From Paraspadella gotoi (taxonomy: Eukaryota > Animalia > Chaetognatha): a stretch of DNA of 64,000 bases. The position numbers were made by a program, and so were the translations under genes. The stretch is taken from contig CM119268.1 of assembly GCA_051294375.1 (NCBI GenBank), positions 17,300,502 to 17,364,501 of the forward strand, in the 5' to 3' direction. Below, piece after piece: positions 28,977 through 42,300 of the stretch; position 1 is the stretch's first letter; every line of letters begins with the position of its first letter. Under the pieces are notes generated by a model. The model saw nothing but the letters and a program-made list of their open reading frames with translations. It was not told where the DNA came from and did not search any database.

Positions 28977-30519
28977 ATAATTCAACCTAATCTATCTGTA
29001 TTTCTGTTCCATCACATCACATTTCTTTCTTTTCAAGTTTCAAGTTTCACTGAGTCACCATTTTTCTCTTAATTCTTCTAACCGTCGTTACGTACTTTCC
29101 GATCCGTTGCCAGATGGCGCCAACGGACGCCAGCGCCACGTTCTCATTTGCCAGTAGGCTCGATCTGTCGTGCGACCGAAATGGCAGCGAACCGATGATG
29201 AATAGATGGGAAAAGAGACTGAAAAACAGATGTCTGCTTAATTGAATATGGCTGGTTCTTGGTTCTTGACAAAATGCGTTCAAAACCACAAACAGAATTC
29301 GCCACCGAAGTATACCTCACAATCCCAATATAGATTTCGGCATCACATTCTTTAGCAATTACGTTGTAAAGAAGTTATCGTAATTGAATATTATTTTAAA
29401 ATTTGACGTCGAACACAGAAGAAAAATATAGACGCTGAGGAAAAAAGGAAGAGGCGAGAAAAACGGAGTCGCTTTAATCAGAAACGAAGCGAAACGAAAA
29501 AAACGCGAAACTCAGACGACTGATTAAAAACGAATGTTTATCAGACAGTCGCGATGATGACGACGACAACGACGACGATGACGACGACGATGATGATAAT
29601 GACGACCACGACCCCTCGAATGACGGCGTAAAACAAACGACAAAAGAAAATAGCGTCAAAATGACGATGGCAGACGGAGTGAATCGAGAGTCACGAAAAA
29701 GGGCGATAGAGGGTAGGATAGGGTAGGATATGATTTGGTAGGATAGAGTAGGATATGATTTGGTAGGATAGGGGAGGCCTTGTAGACGAAAACGAGGCTG
29801 ACGACCACTCAAAAGACTGTACAGCGAACATCAGCGAACAACAGCCTGTTTACGATCGAGGAATGAACTGTAAACAAGTAACAAAACAGAAACAAAACAT
29901 CAGAACAAAAAGGAAAACGAAAACAAAAAAAGGAGCGAGAGAAAAGGAAAACCGCTAAAATGGAAACGCGAAAACGTTAATTACTTGATTCCAAATCGGA
30001 ATTCGGATTTAAAAAAAAAGGAACAAAGTCCAAAGATGCGACCTTTCTTTTTTTTCATTTATCAAAAGATCTTGAAAAATAGCTTTTTAAGTACAGTATT
30101 AAAAGAAAAAAAACTCTTTAGCTATCGACTCATGAATATATTAAAGATATTTAAAAAATGATATTTACAAGGATGCATCGCCGCACGAGAAAGAGTCAGA
30201 CGGAAAAAGAAGGAACGAGCACTATGAGAAGTGAAAAAAGGAATTCAGAAAAAAGGAGAACTGAGAAAAGAATATTCATTATTCGCTTTCCTTGTCATTG
30301 AGTTTTTATTTGATTCGTCGACTAGCTTTTCAAGTGCAAAGATATAATTAATGTTGAGGCTTTAATTAGTGGGACTATTTAAGGAATTATTTGTTTCATA
30401 AGGCCTGAGTGGTGAGTAACTACACTTTAAAATAATAGTAAGAGAGGCCATTTTCGTTTCCACACTCGAATTTTGAATTCGCTTTTTTAGTTCCCTCATT
30501 GGTTCCGCATCTCGTAATT

Positions 30520-30830
30520 CTCGTTTCCCTTTCTCATTTCCGCTTCTCGTTTCCGTTTCTCATTTCCGCTTCTCGTTTCCGTTTCTCATTTCCGCTTATC
30601 ATTTCCGTTTCTCATTTCCGCTTCTCGTTTCCGCTTCCAACAAGTATTCGCCTCCTTTGGTTCCTTTCGACTTAAGTCAAGGAAAATCTCCAATTCAAAT
30701 GGGGGCTTCGCGAAAAGGCCCGAGAAGCCGCGAAATGCTGCTAGAGTGGAGAAAAGAGGCCTTAGATGCCGCGAAATGCTGCGAGAGGGAAAACTGAAGC
30801 CCGAGATGCCGCGAAATGCTGCAAGAGTAG
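30520..30830 (+). repeat. Two adjacent minisatellites: 13-bp TTCTCRTTTCCGY array (~30520-30637) and ~40-bp GCCGCGAAATGCTGC array (~30722-30830)
   Basis: Direct tandem units visible in the sequence. Confidence 0.75.
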
Positions 30831-31016
30831 AGGAGAAATGCCACGAGATATTATGAAATATCCTGCTAGACCGAATCTGTAAAAATGCTGGTTCTTAGAT
30901 AGCAAAAAAATTAGATATTGTCAACACTAATCCAAAAATCATGGGTGCAAGGCGAACAAAGACATTTGCAGGACCCCCTCTTCCCCGGCGCCGTCTTCTC
31001 TGGCACCGACATTCAC

Positions 31017-31073
31017 CCTGGCGCCGCAAAGTTGGTCCGTTTCCAATCCGGTCGTTCATCCCGGGTGCCGTCC
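31017..31073 (-). CDS. Possible 57-nt exon of an unidentified minus-strand gene
   Basis: Strong pyrimidine tract TTCTCCCTTTCTTCAATTTCAG and donor GG|GTGAAT. Length is a multiple of 3, with open frames DGTRDERPDWKRTNFAAPG or TAPGMNDRIGNGPTLRRQ. Confidence 0.3.
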
Positions 31074-31141
31074 CTGAAATTGAAGAAAGGGAGAATGGCT
31101 CCGTCCCAAGACTGAGATTCGATAGGGTAAAACGTTTAATG

Positions 31142-31252
<111 letters not shown>

Positions 31253-31573
31253 GAGGAAAATCCTCAGCGAACCGGCGACACTCGGGAAAGAGTTTCTGGA
31301 TGAATAATCCTTTCGTTCGCTCCTCAGAGTCGCTTCTCTATTTATGGAACCTGAGAACAATAAACAACCTTGAAGCTGCTTTTTTTCCCTTTGCTGCGAT
31401 TTGAAAAAAAAAGGAAAGTTAGGAGGGAAGATGAGGGGAGAAAAGTGGGGATGTGGCAAAAATAACTGTATTGAAATTAAAAGAAGGAATAGTACTGAAA
31501 TGCAGTGATGGGGAGAGAAAAAGGAAGGGAAAATAAAGGGAGGGAAATAAGGAAATAATGGAAAGAAACTCGG

Positions 31574-31640
<67 letters not shown>

Positions 31641-32392
31641 AAGGATCGATCTTGGGAGAGAAGTGAAATAATATTTTTATTATTTATTATTTTTATTTAT
31701 TTATTAATTATTATTTTTATTATTTTTATTTTTCTCGTGAAAATTTAGCCGACTTCCGAACTCCGACAGTCAATTTACAAACGTCACGTGTTATTTGTTT
31801 TCATTTCACTCAATTTTTTTTCAATAGAACCCCGGGTCACGTCACTCAACGTAGCATTGCATCAGCGAGATGCTGCCTTTCGTGACGTAGCGACGCAGCC
31901 TGTTACGCCTGGTTACGCTACGTCGTTCCTCTTTTACACTCTAGTTGAAAGTCTTAACTTTACGTTTTTCTTTTCTTTCTTAACTTTCTTCTTAATCTTA
32001 ATTTTTATATATCCTTCATTGTCTATTATTTTGTCCCTTCTTTCTTCCTTATTTCCCTTCATTCCTTCATTCTTCCTTTAGTCCTTCCTACTTTCCTTCT
32101 TTCTTTCCATCAAACCTTCCTTGTTTCCTTTCTTTCTTCCTTCATTCCTTCCTATCGTCCTTTCTTCCTTCCTTCCTTTTTTCTTTCACTTCTCCAACTT
32201 TCCTCCCACTTTTTCCACCAACTCCTTCCCCCCCCAAGACTCCTCTGCTCTCACGCGCAGCCGAAACGTCGAGTCAAAGAGTGCGTGACTGAGTTCAACT
32301 CCTTCGGAAAGATAAGCGAGCGTGCCCAGCCGCGGAGTTCCAATGACTGGCCTAATTAAATATATCTATTCTAATGTGTACGGACCCGTGTT

Positions 32393-32516
<124 letters not shown>

Positions 32517-33034
32517 TATCGTCAATCACGGCAGATTATAATTATACTTACATCATTATTTTCTCAATCAGTAAACCACTAACACCCTCATCATTTTCAG
32601 TCGCACTACTTTTAACCACAACGCGCTGTGGGGAACCACATTCGCTCGACCACAGTTAGTCTCCGTCGCCCCGAAATGACCCCCGGATGACCTCATTCGC
32701 TCGGAGCCAAAATCGCCATCGCGACTGAATTTTCTTTTTTTTTCTTTTTTTTTTTACGCCGGAAATAAAAACGAATCGAAGGGAAGAGAGAATCGTTTTC
32801 TTTTGGCTTCGGATCGAATGAGTTGAGTTCGTTAAAAATTAGTGTTCCAAAGTTTGTTGATATTAAATTTCGTAAAAAATACAAATCAACTAAATCTGAT
32901 TTGATGATATTTTACTGATTGTTAGGTAGATCCGGATTTAAATTTTGCTAAGAACGTGACTGATTTATATCCGGTTTCTGACCTAAATCAAATTAAGTTA
33001 CCCATAATTTAGCTTAATGATCCGAATAACATCC

Positions 33035-33274
33035 GGATTTCAAATGGGAGTGAAATGAAGAAAGTTGTTATAACTCTTAACTGACTGACTATGATTAATA
33101 TTTGTTCATTTCATTCGTTGGAAAAGTCCCTGACTCTTATATTTCTATAAAGCAAATTGATAATATTTTACATCATAGCAACTTTCCTTCCAGCAGCTTT
33201 CTTTGCCAAATAATTTAGCCACAGTATTTATTAAATACTATTTAATCCTTTCATTTCACTCCCATTTGAAATCC
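33035..33274. mobile_element. Short MITE-like element with 25-bp terminal inverted repeats
   Basis: GGATTTCAAATGGGAGTGAAATGAA at 33035 and its exact reverse complement ending at 33274, around an AT-rich interior. No clear TSD. Confidence 0.6.
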
Positions 33275-34978
33275 TTGTGTATCTCCATATATTATTTCAA
33301 TGAAATAAGAGTTTTCAGCTCTTCATCCACCAGTGAATCGAGTTCATCATAAATGGAAGACGAGTTCAACTCGAACGATGAAGAGAGAAAAAACTGGGTT
33401 AAGTTAACAAAGAATTTTCGTCTCTTTTGCTGAAAAACGAAGATGAAGACGAAACCTAAGAATAAAACGTTTGTCTTTTGTTTGGGATAAATCAAGAAAA
33501 GGCAAGTTTATTATTTTATTGAAAACAAGTAAACTTAATAATTGTCAAAAAAGTTTTATTATTCAGTTACTTTTTAAGATACTTAACAGGACATCCGCTT
33601 CCGGTGTTTTTAACCTTAAAAGAAAAAAAGAGGAAGAAAAAGAAAATTAATTTCTTTTGGCGAGAAAAGAGTTTGTGCCTCCGAATAAAAATGAAAAAAA
33701 AGGCAGGGAAGATTCCAAAACAGAAAACTAAGTTTGGGAGATGAATTCTGTGTCTCCCTGGTTTTCGTCGTCAGCCTTGATATCTCCTTAATATTTATTA
33801 TTATTTTAGTCTTTTTTGTTAGTTTTTTGTGGGTTTTTGAAAATAGACGTTATATTTTCATCGTCGTCGTCGTTGTCGTCATCGGATTCGTCGCTGTTCC
33901 AGTTGTCAGCAAAGTTGTTGTCTTCTACGACAACTTCATTGTTGTTGATGAGAGAATGAATCAGACTCGATGGAATCGTTCATCGAGAAAGAAATGGGCG
34001 AGACTGAAAAATCAGAGCGACCAATGAGGAACGACGACGTGAACGACGAGTCACTCAACTTGACTCCCGCCAGTTGAAATTATTAAATAGATTGTATGTA
34101 TGTATATATGTATTTTATATGTTAAATAAAATAACTAAAACTTGTAAAAAAGGGACGAATGAGAAGAGAAATTTTATCGTCAACGTAGCAGCGGACGCGA
34201 CGCGCTTGTTGACACTTGTACACGAGGGAGAATTTCATCTCAACGACGCGTGAGGACGCAACTCTGGCGCGAATGGGGTTGGACGGGGCTGCGGCAAGAA
34301 AGGGTAAGGAAGGGAGGGTGAGGAAAGGATGAAGGAAAACGAAATCAGATAGGATAAGTTAGACGAAAAAGTGAGTTAAAAGAATTGTGTTTAGTGGGTC
34401 GGAGGTGAAAAGGCGAAATTAAAATGAATCTAAAACAAAGTTGGAAATCACATTGGAAAATTCACTTTGAGCACAGATTAACATTATTAGAGAGGAGATG
34501 AGAATTAATAAAATTAAACCTATGATAAAAAGTGGAGCCCAGTTGAAATTTGAGCTGTGATGAAGGGTGAACGCATATGAATTATGAGCAGAGATGAGGT
34601 TCACGCAAAGATGAAACTCAAAGAAATCGTGATCGACGCGGCGCAAATGAAATTGGAGCAAATATGAAGAAGAATCGAGAGCAAACTGGGATCTTGTGAT
34701 GTTTAAACGACGGCGCTTCCTCCGGTTAAACGTCCGCCGTCACATGTCGTGAATCATATAAAGGAAAAAAAGGAGGGATTTTTTTTTTTATGCAAACTTT
34801 ATCGGAAAAAGAAATAGAGAGAGACAAAAATAACTATAAAGAACTATATGACGGTATGCAGTGTGCGTGTGAAAAGAGGGTGTTGTTAATTGCGAAAGTG
34901 AAAGATCAATGGATTCCCCCCCCCCAAAAAAATGGTGTCTCTCCTGTGAATGACGACACCGCCGCCGCCACCGCCGCC

Positions 34979-35009
<31 letters not shown>

Positions 35010-35154
35010 CTGCCGCCGCTGCCTTTCGTTTTGCCATCGATTTCGATTAAGGAGGAGCGGAACTATCGAGTCCCTGGGGAAAGGGAAGATATCGAACAAT
35101 AAGCAGGAGGAAGAGCAGCACGTGACGAGAGAGAGAGAGAGAGAGGAGAGAGAG

Positions 35155-35375
<221 letters not shown>

Positions 35376-36152
35376 AAGAGCATAAATAACAAATTGCTTC
35401 TCTCGAAACGAAAGCAGAAAAAAAAAAACAACTCAGGGGAAAAAATGGGAGTGAAAGAATTGGCGAAGTCGGTGACAACTCACTCTGTTGATTTGATCGG
35501 GAAAAGAAAAGACGAATTTATCAGTAGATCTATGACACTGATTCGTACTTTTTAGAATTCATATACTTTCATCATCATCATCGTACCATAATTTTTATAG
35601 TTTTTTCTAATTTCAACCAATAAAACAAAAATTTAGAAATCCTGTAGTAATATTTTTGATTTATTTTTTCAAGCTCTGATTTTGAAGCTTTGATTTTGAA
35701 AAAACATTTTTTCACGATTTATAGTAATACAATAAGCTTTAAATGCTTCTATGTTATTAACTATACATAAAATCTTAAATTTTTTTGTAATTTCGTTATC
35801 CCACAGGGATGCTCTAACACTATTTATATTACACAATTCTTAGTTTTTATTTTGGTCCGCCTTAATATATATATATATATCTCTCTCTCTTTGCCTCCCT
35901 AAATGAATAGACCGCGGTAGCGTGATAATTTTCTGAGTGTTTTCTCTTGTTTTGGCCTCGCCAGTCTGTTTGCGAGCCTCAAAGAAAAATGATTGAGTAA
36001 GAAAAGAATCTAAATTAAAAAGCGACTGAGAAAAGTAAATTAAAAAACGGGTTGGAACTGAAAATGTGAAGAAAAAAAACTTTTTCATTTGACTGCTATT
36101 GTGTTTTTTTCACGAACGCCTCCATGAAGACTTGAGGACTTTTTTCTTTTTT

Positions 36153-36244
<92 letters not shown>

Positions 36245-37938
36245 TATTTTTTTTCGTTTTATTTCATGTTTTTCCTCCTTTTTTCTTTTTTTCCTTTTTT
36301 TCTCCCCTTTTTCTATCTTTCTTTCTTCATTCGTTTTCCTTTCGTGTCTTTCTATTTTTCTCTCTTTCCTTCCTTCTCACATCTCTTAAAACTCCCAAGG
36401 TGCCTCTAAATCCCGAAGGCACCCGAATATGAGAAATTAAAAGGCGAGAGAAACCAATCAAGTTAGAGTCGGAGTCAAACCTTTTTTTGATTGACGCCGA
36501 ACGACGACGACGACGACGAAGACGACGACGACAAAGATGGAGCCGAGACTCTATATTGCCTCACAGATGATGGTGATGGCGAGAAGTAGTGACAGCTGAG
36601 ATACATTTAACCACAAAGAGAGATGGAGATTTTATAACGGCTTAATGAAGAATGATTTGAAGGCATCTATGATGAGGGTTACATATTATGTATATCAACT
36701 TAAAAGATAATTTATCGGTAAAAATAAAATTTAACATTCATTCATTCATTCATTCATTCATTCATTCATTCATTCATTCATTCATTCATTCATTCATTCA
36801 TTCAATCATTTAAAAAATAACATTTTTTTAGATTTACCGATCAACTATCTTTTCCCGACAATTGTACTAAGATGGCGTTTGCTCAGTATATTAAATAAAA
36901 ACTAAATAACAATAAAACTAACATTAATAAAGTATTGGTAAACGAAGGAAACAATTCGCTCTGACTCGTAAATTTATTTTTTCCTTCAAACGTCAAATCG
37001 AAAGCGAGGCTACTAAGGAAAATGAGTCCGGATGTAATTGAGATTCAAAGGCGACGAGGAAAACGAGGCGGAGATTGACAACGACCACGACAACGACGAC
37101 AGCCGACGATAAAATAGAAACGTTACACCGACGTTTACGATCGTTCGTTGACGTTCACCCGGTGAACTGATTGCATATGTTGCCGACTGGATTGTGGACG
37201 TTCGAGTGACGATGCGAGTGCACGCCCCATAGATAAACTTGCCATTCGCTGCGGACACAAGGGAAGCATTAACGGTTACAGCATGTAACATTTTACATTC
37301 CCAATGAATTCCTATAATAACCAATATTACAAGTTAAAAAATTCAATCCCTTTCAAGAATGTAGTAGTAAATCTAAGAAAGTAAAAGAAATGCCGAGGAG
37401 CGTTTGAAGTACGCAATAAAGTGAATAAGAACTTGTCCTTGGTTTCGGCTTAAGTGCAAAATGGCGAAATACTAGCAGCAAAAATACCTGCGGACTAATT
37501 AACCAAGGACAAACGAGACGACGAGGATGCCGACGATAAAGACGACGAAAAAGACGACGACGACGAAAACGACAAAAGCGAGTTTCGAAAATTAAAGGTC
37601 GCACAAAAAAAAAGTTGTTTTTTTTTCTCTTCTTGTGGTCGCGGCTTCACGTAGCTAATTAGCAGCGGTTAAAATCGCAGTAGCTTTCTATATATATGTA
37701 CTGATTGAAAAGAAGCTTTGCTAATTCTTCTTTGAATTTTAATGATATTTGTCGTAGTTAAAATATTATACAAATGTCGTCTTCATCCAGTCCCATTGAC
37801 GATGGATAATACACGTCCTCTGTCATCACTACAAACTTTTTAATGACCAAAAAGACAATGACAAAGTTCATCGTTGTGCAAGTATTTTTTCCTGTCGATC
37901 ATTTTGCTTAAGTTGTGAAAAGCTTTTGTGTTGATGCA

Positions 37939-37995
<57 letters not shown>

Positions 37996-37999
37996 CCTC

Positions 38000-38065
<66 letters not shown>

Positions 38066-38168
38066 TCAAAGTCAATTACAATTTGTAAATATTCTTGAGA
38101 AATAGGTAGCTTTTAAAGGCCCTCAAGGTGCCTAAAGCCGCAAGTAATTAATATTGTCTATTGTCTAT

Positions 38169-38207
<39 letters not shown>

Positions 38208-39353
38208 GCGACATTTTCCCGAAAACAATCTCAGTTTTCCCCTCTGTCTCAACTCTCAACCCAGTTTTTTTCCACAGTGCGCCATCAAGCGGTTTCAATT
38301 ATTTCTTCCCTTTCGCAGCTGCTTTCCGCTCGACTAGTATTTTTCCAGACTACCAAGGAATAAAAGCACTGTGCTCAATGATTTTGTATTGCTTTCTTTG
38401 TCATCCACATTCTCATTTGCTACATTTTTTTGCATTGAATTATAAATTCTTGTGAACTACAGCAGAATTTTACCTGTACCTAATAATATTTCAGTTTTAC
38501 ATAAAAAAGAGAGAGCGAGTCTTTTTTTTTTCTTTTTTATCTTTTCGCCTTTCTTCCTTTTTTAACCTTTTTCCTGTCTATTCACGACTACTCCAAAATT
38601 CATCCGCCACTTTTTCTTTTTTCCCAGTTTCTTATCATTTTAATTTTCTCCGCTTTCCCCCGTCAACATTCCCATCCTCTCCTTTCGGCTCCCTTTTCCG
38701 GTTTATCTCATCTGCTTTCTCGTTTTTCTCGCGCCTAAGGTCGCGGGTTCAAAACCGCAACTTCTGGGTTGATCCACTCCTCTCGGCCAAAGGAGCAATC
38801 TCGGTCGCCACTGGAATAACAAATCTCGCAGATGCATGAAGAAATTCTCTTTTCTTATTCTTCTTCTTTTCTTTCTTGGGTTTTAAAAGGGTCGGTGTGA
38901 CTAGTAAGGCTTTGCACAAGGGAATCAGGGCATCGCCCGTTTCGTACTTCCTTATAAATATCTCCTTAATATATATGTAGAAAACGAAATGTATCCGACA
39001 TACTGATAATAGTTAATCTGCATTCCAAATTTGGTTTAGTTTCGTAACAAATACCATCACCGATTGGTTAGTAGACGAGCAACTACTGTTAACATCCGAG
39101 TCTCACCTTTTCTACCCTCGTCTTTCAATTTTCTTTCCCATCTCTTAGCCTTTCCTGTGAAAATTAAAAGTTTTAAAAAAATTGTTTGCTTGTTTAATTA
39201 ATAAAAAAAATCGTCAATGAAACAAATAAATATTCGGAACGAGGAATTTAAATTTTAGGTGGTTACAACAATATTATGCCGTCAATCGTGAAAGGACCTC
39301 AATTTTGTAACAGATATATTATAACATATACATATATTTATATAATCCCAGCC

Positions 39354-42300
39354 TCAGTTTTTAATCTCAGACTGAGGTCTAAGCAACGGCGTCCTTTCCT
39401 CGTACGTCGTCTCTCTCACCGTCGACAATTTCGATCGTTCGTTTTCGGCGTCAACCGTCACAGACGCCACCTTTCGTTTCCAGTAGACGATTCTGCAGGG
39501 GGCGCGTCTCGTCTCTTCCGCTAGACGTCGCATGTCCGTCAGCGATTGCGGCAATGGTCGACCCTGTAATGGTTTTGAATATTACTAAGGATTTTCGGTA
39601 ATTAAAAAATTCCCACCTTAGTCTCCGGAACGAAGATCACAATCGCAGCCCCGAGCAAATTGGCACAGGCCAGCGTCGTCTCCACCGCCAGGGGCGCCCT
39701 CGTCTGAAAGTAGGACAAGTAGCTGGCGGCGATGGCGGAGAAACGCCCGAAAAGCATCGCGATGAGGAAAGCACGGGCCCGAATGAGAGTAGGGAACGCC
39801 TCCTGTAGCGAAGAAGAGGGGAAGGGGAAGTTTCTGTTATGGTGGACTATAATCCACCAACCGTTCATCAGTGGCCATTGGTGCCGGAGGCAAGTCATTC
39901 GCCTCCCAACCCGAAGGTTCGGGGTTCTTTCCCGCTGGTCGCCTAGCCTGTAACACGGTGTTACAGCCTGATCCGAAGCTCAGGGACTGCTTATATTGAA
40001 CGGTTCTGTCGCTAACACATAACAATCATTACTGTCTCTTCACTGCAAATCATTTTGTAGGTCCTGGCTTTTACTAAATAACTAATCATCAAATCCTCAT
40101 AAAATAAACATCCTTTGTTGATGGTCTGCAGTTCTTTTCTGAATGGTTTCCTGCTTCACATTTTCAAATGGATTTTCTCTTTGAAATACCAATAAATAGT
40201 ATTGTAACTATTATATTGCTATGTACTATGGAGTTCATCCCTCTTCCTAATGTCCTCGCCTGAATCCAAAGTCCATAAGGCCGACTCCCGATGGCACCGA
40301 GGATGTTGATGGAGATGTTGATGATTCGGCGGAAAAGCGGCGCTACTTTGTCGACGTCGCCGACGACGCCGCGAACGACGGCAACGCTCAGAAATCCGGC
40401 GCCGGCGATCGAGCTGCCGATAATCATCGCCGGACGCCGGTAGAGGAAGCGGCAGGCGAGGAAGCCGATCGCCTGAGAAGGCAAGAGGCTGAGTTGCAGC
40501 AGAGAAAAGTTGAGGAAACGATTCCCGGCCAAAGTTCCGTAAGTGAAGTTGAGGCCGATGTCGTTGAGGTTGGTTTTGGCCCAAGTCAGTCCGCCGACGA
40601 TCAAGCTGACGACGACGAGACGAGATCTCATCGCCTGGCGAAAATTCTCCTCGTTTTCGTTGTTGTCGTCGTCGTTGTCGTTGTTTCTGTTGTCTCCGCC
40701 ATCCGACTCATCTTCCAAAACCCTGGTAAAAATTAATTAGCCTAAACATTGGGTATTTATAACAAGTTTTGAAATGAAAAAAAGGTTTTTTTCATTGATT
40801 TATTATCAGCTAAAAACGATTAGCAATGTATTTTGTCGATTTGACATATGTTTTTGACCAATAAAATCTAACATTGTATCATTGTATGGTGGACTAAAAT
40901 CCACCAATCGTTCATCAGCGGCCATTGGTGCCGGAGGTAAGTCAACCCAAAGGTCCGGGGTTCTAGCCCGGTGGTCGCCTAGCAGTTAAGAGGGACGGGG
41001 CGCTTAACCCGCCTGTAACATGGTGTTACAGCCTGATCCGAAGCTCAGGAACTGCTTATATTGAACGGTTCTGTCACTAACACATAACAATAATTACTGT
41101 CTCTTCAATTGTAACATTTTTCATAATTAACATGATAATTTTTTGAATAAAATAGATCTACGCACGATGCACAAACCTCGACATTACATTCTCGTCGATA
41201 GTCATCCTTCGAGATTTCGCCACGCGTCCCAGCACCTTTGCCGCCTCCGCTGCGCGACCCTTTTTGATCAACCAGGGCGGAGTCTCGGGGACAATCCACG
41301 TCGCTGGGATCACGAGGAAGTTGATGCCGTAGAGAATGAGCAGCAGGGTGCGCCAGCTGGAGAGGGCGTAGCTGGCGGTGCGGGGTGGGGAAACAAGTAC
41401 AATTGGATCGATGATTACTGATCATTGATCAAAGACGGCAGACGAAGACAATTATATTAAGCTAAGGTCAAAGTATAAACTTACGACATCCAAGGAATAG
41501 TCGCGCCGGCCCAAATCCACGTTGGATCCAAAACCATCGGAATAATTCGATGCTTCGACGAAAAAGTTTCACACTGAGTGAAAAGTGGGAATCGCGATTA
41601 ATTCGATTTTATGATTAAAAATACTCAAATGAGGTTTATATCGACTTAAAAAGACTTACTCATTCTTAGTACTCTAGGTCGCGTTATTTGAAATGTTATT
41701 AATAAAGCTTACTCGGTAAGTTTCCAAAGAATAATAGCCGACGTAGCCGATACCAAGAAAAAACCTGCAAATAACATAAAAATGAACAATATGTCAAAAA
41801 ATTGATTTTTAAGAATATTTATTTAATTGATTAAATAACTACATAATTATATAAATACTTGAATAATTTACGGAATAAATTAGAATTCATAGTAACCTAA
41901 ACAATACAAAAAGACGAACCGAACGGCGATGTAGAGATAGACGTGATCGATCCACGCCACCTGCATTCCAGCCGCGAAACAAATCGCCGCCGACGCCATG
42001 ACGACTCGACGACGCCCGAACTTGTCGCTCAAATATCCGCAGAAGAGGCAGGCCGACAAGTTGCCGACATAGAAGAAGGTTTCTGTCATGTTAAGAAGGT
42101 ATTCTTGGTCGCAAACGAGGCCCCACTCGGACGCCATGGAATGCTCCGTCGGCTCCTCGAAACTCCAGTTGGACCCGGGACAACCGATGGAGCAAATGTC
42201 CACTTTGCTCAGGTTGACGAGACGTTCGGGGAAAGGAGAGTTCGCATCTTGATCGACTTGATCGTCGTCGTCGGAGGAGTTGAAATAAACGCTGAGATCG

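Noticed and set aside
39826-39880. Possible minus-strand hammerhead (CTGATGA ... hairpin ... GAAAC) at the 5' end of the repeat copy
   Set aside because: The GAAAC lies in flank that the other two copies do not share. The G-C pair closing stem II and a stem I/III with an NUH site are missing.
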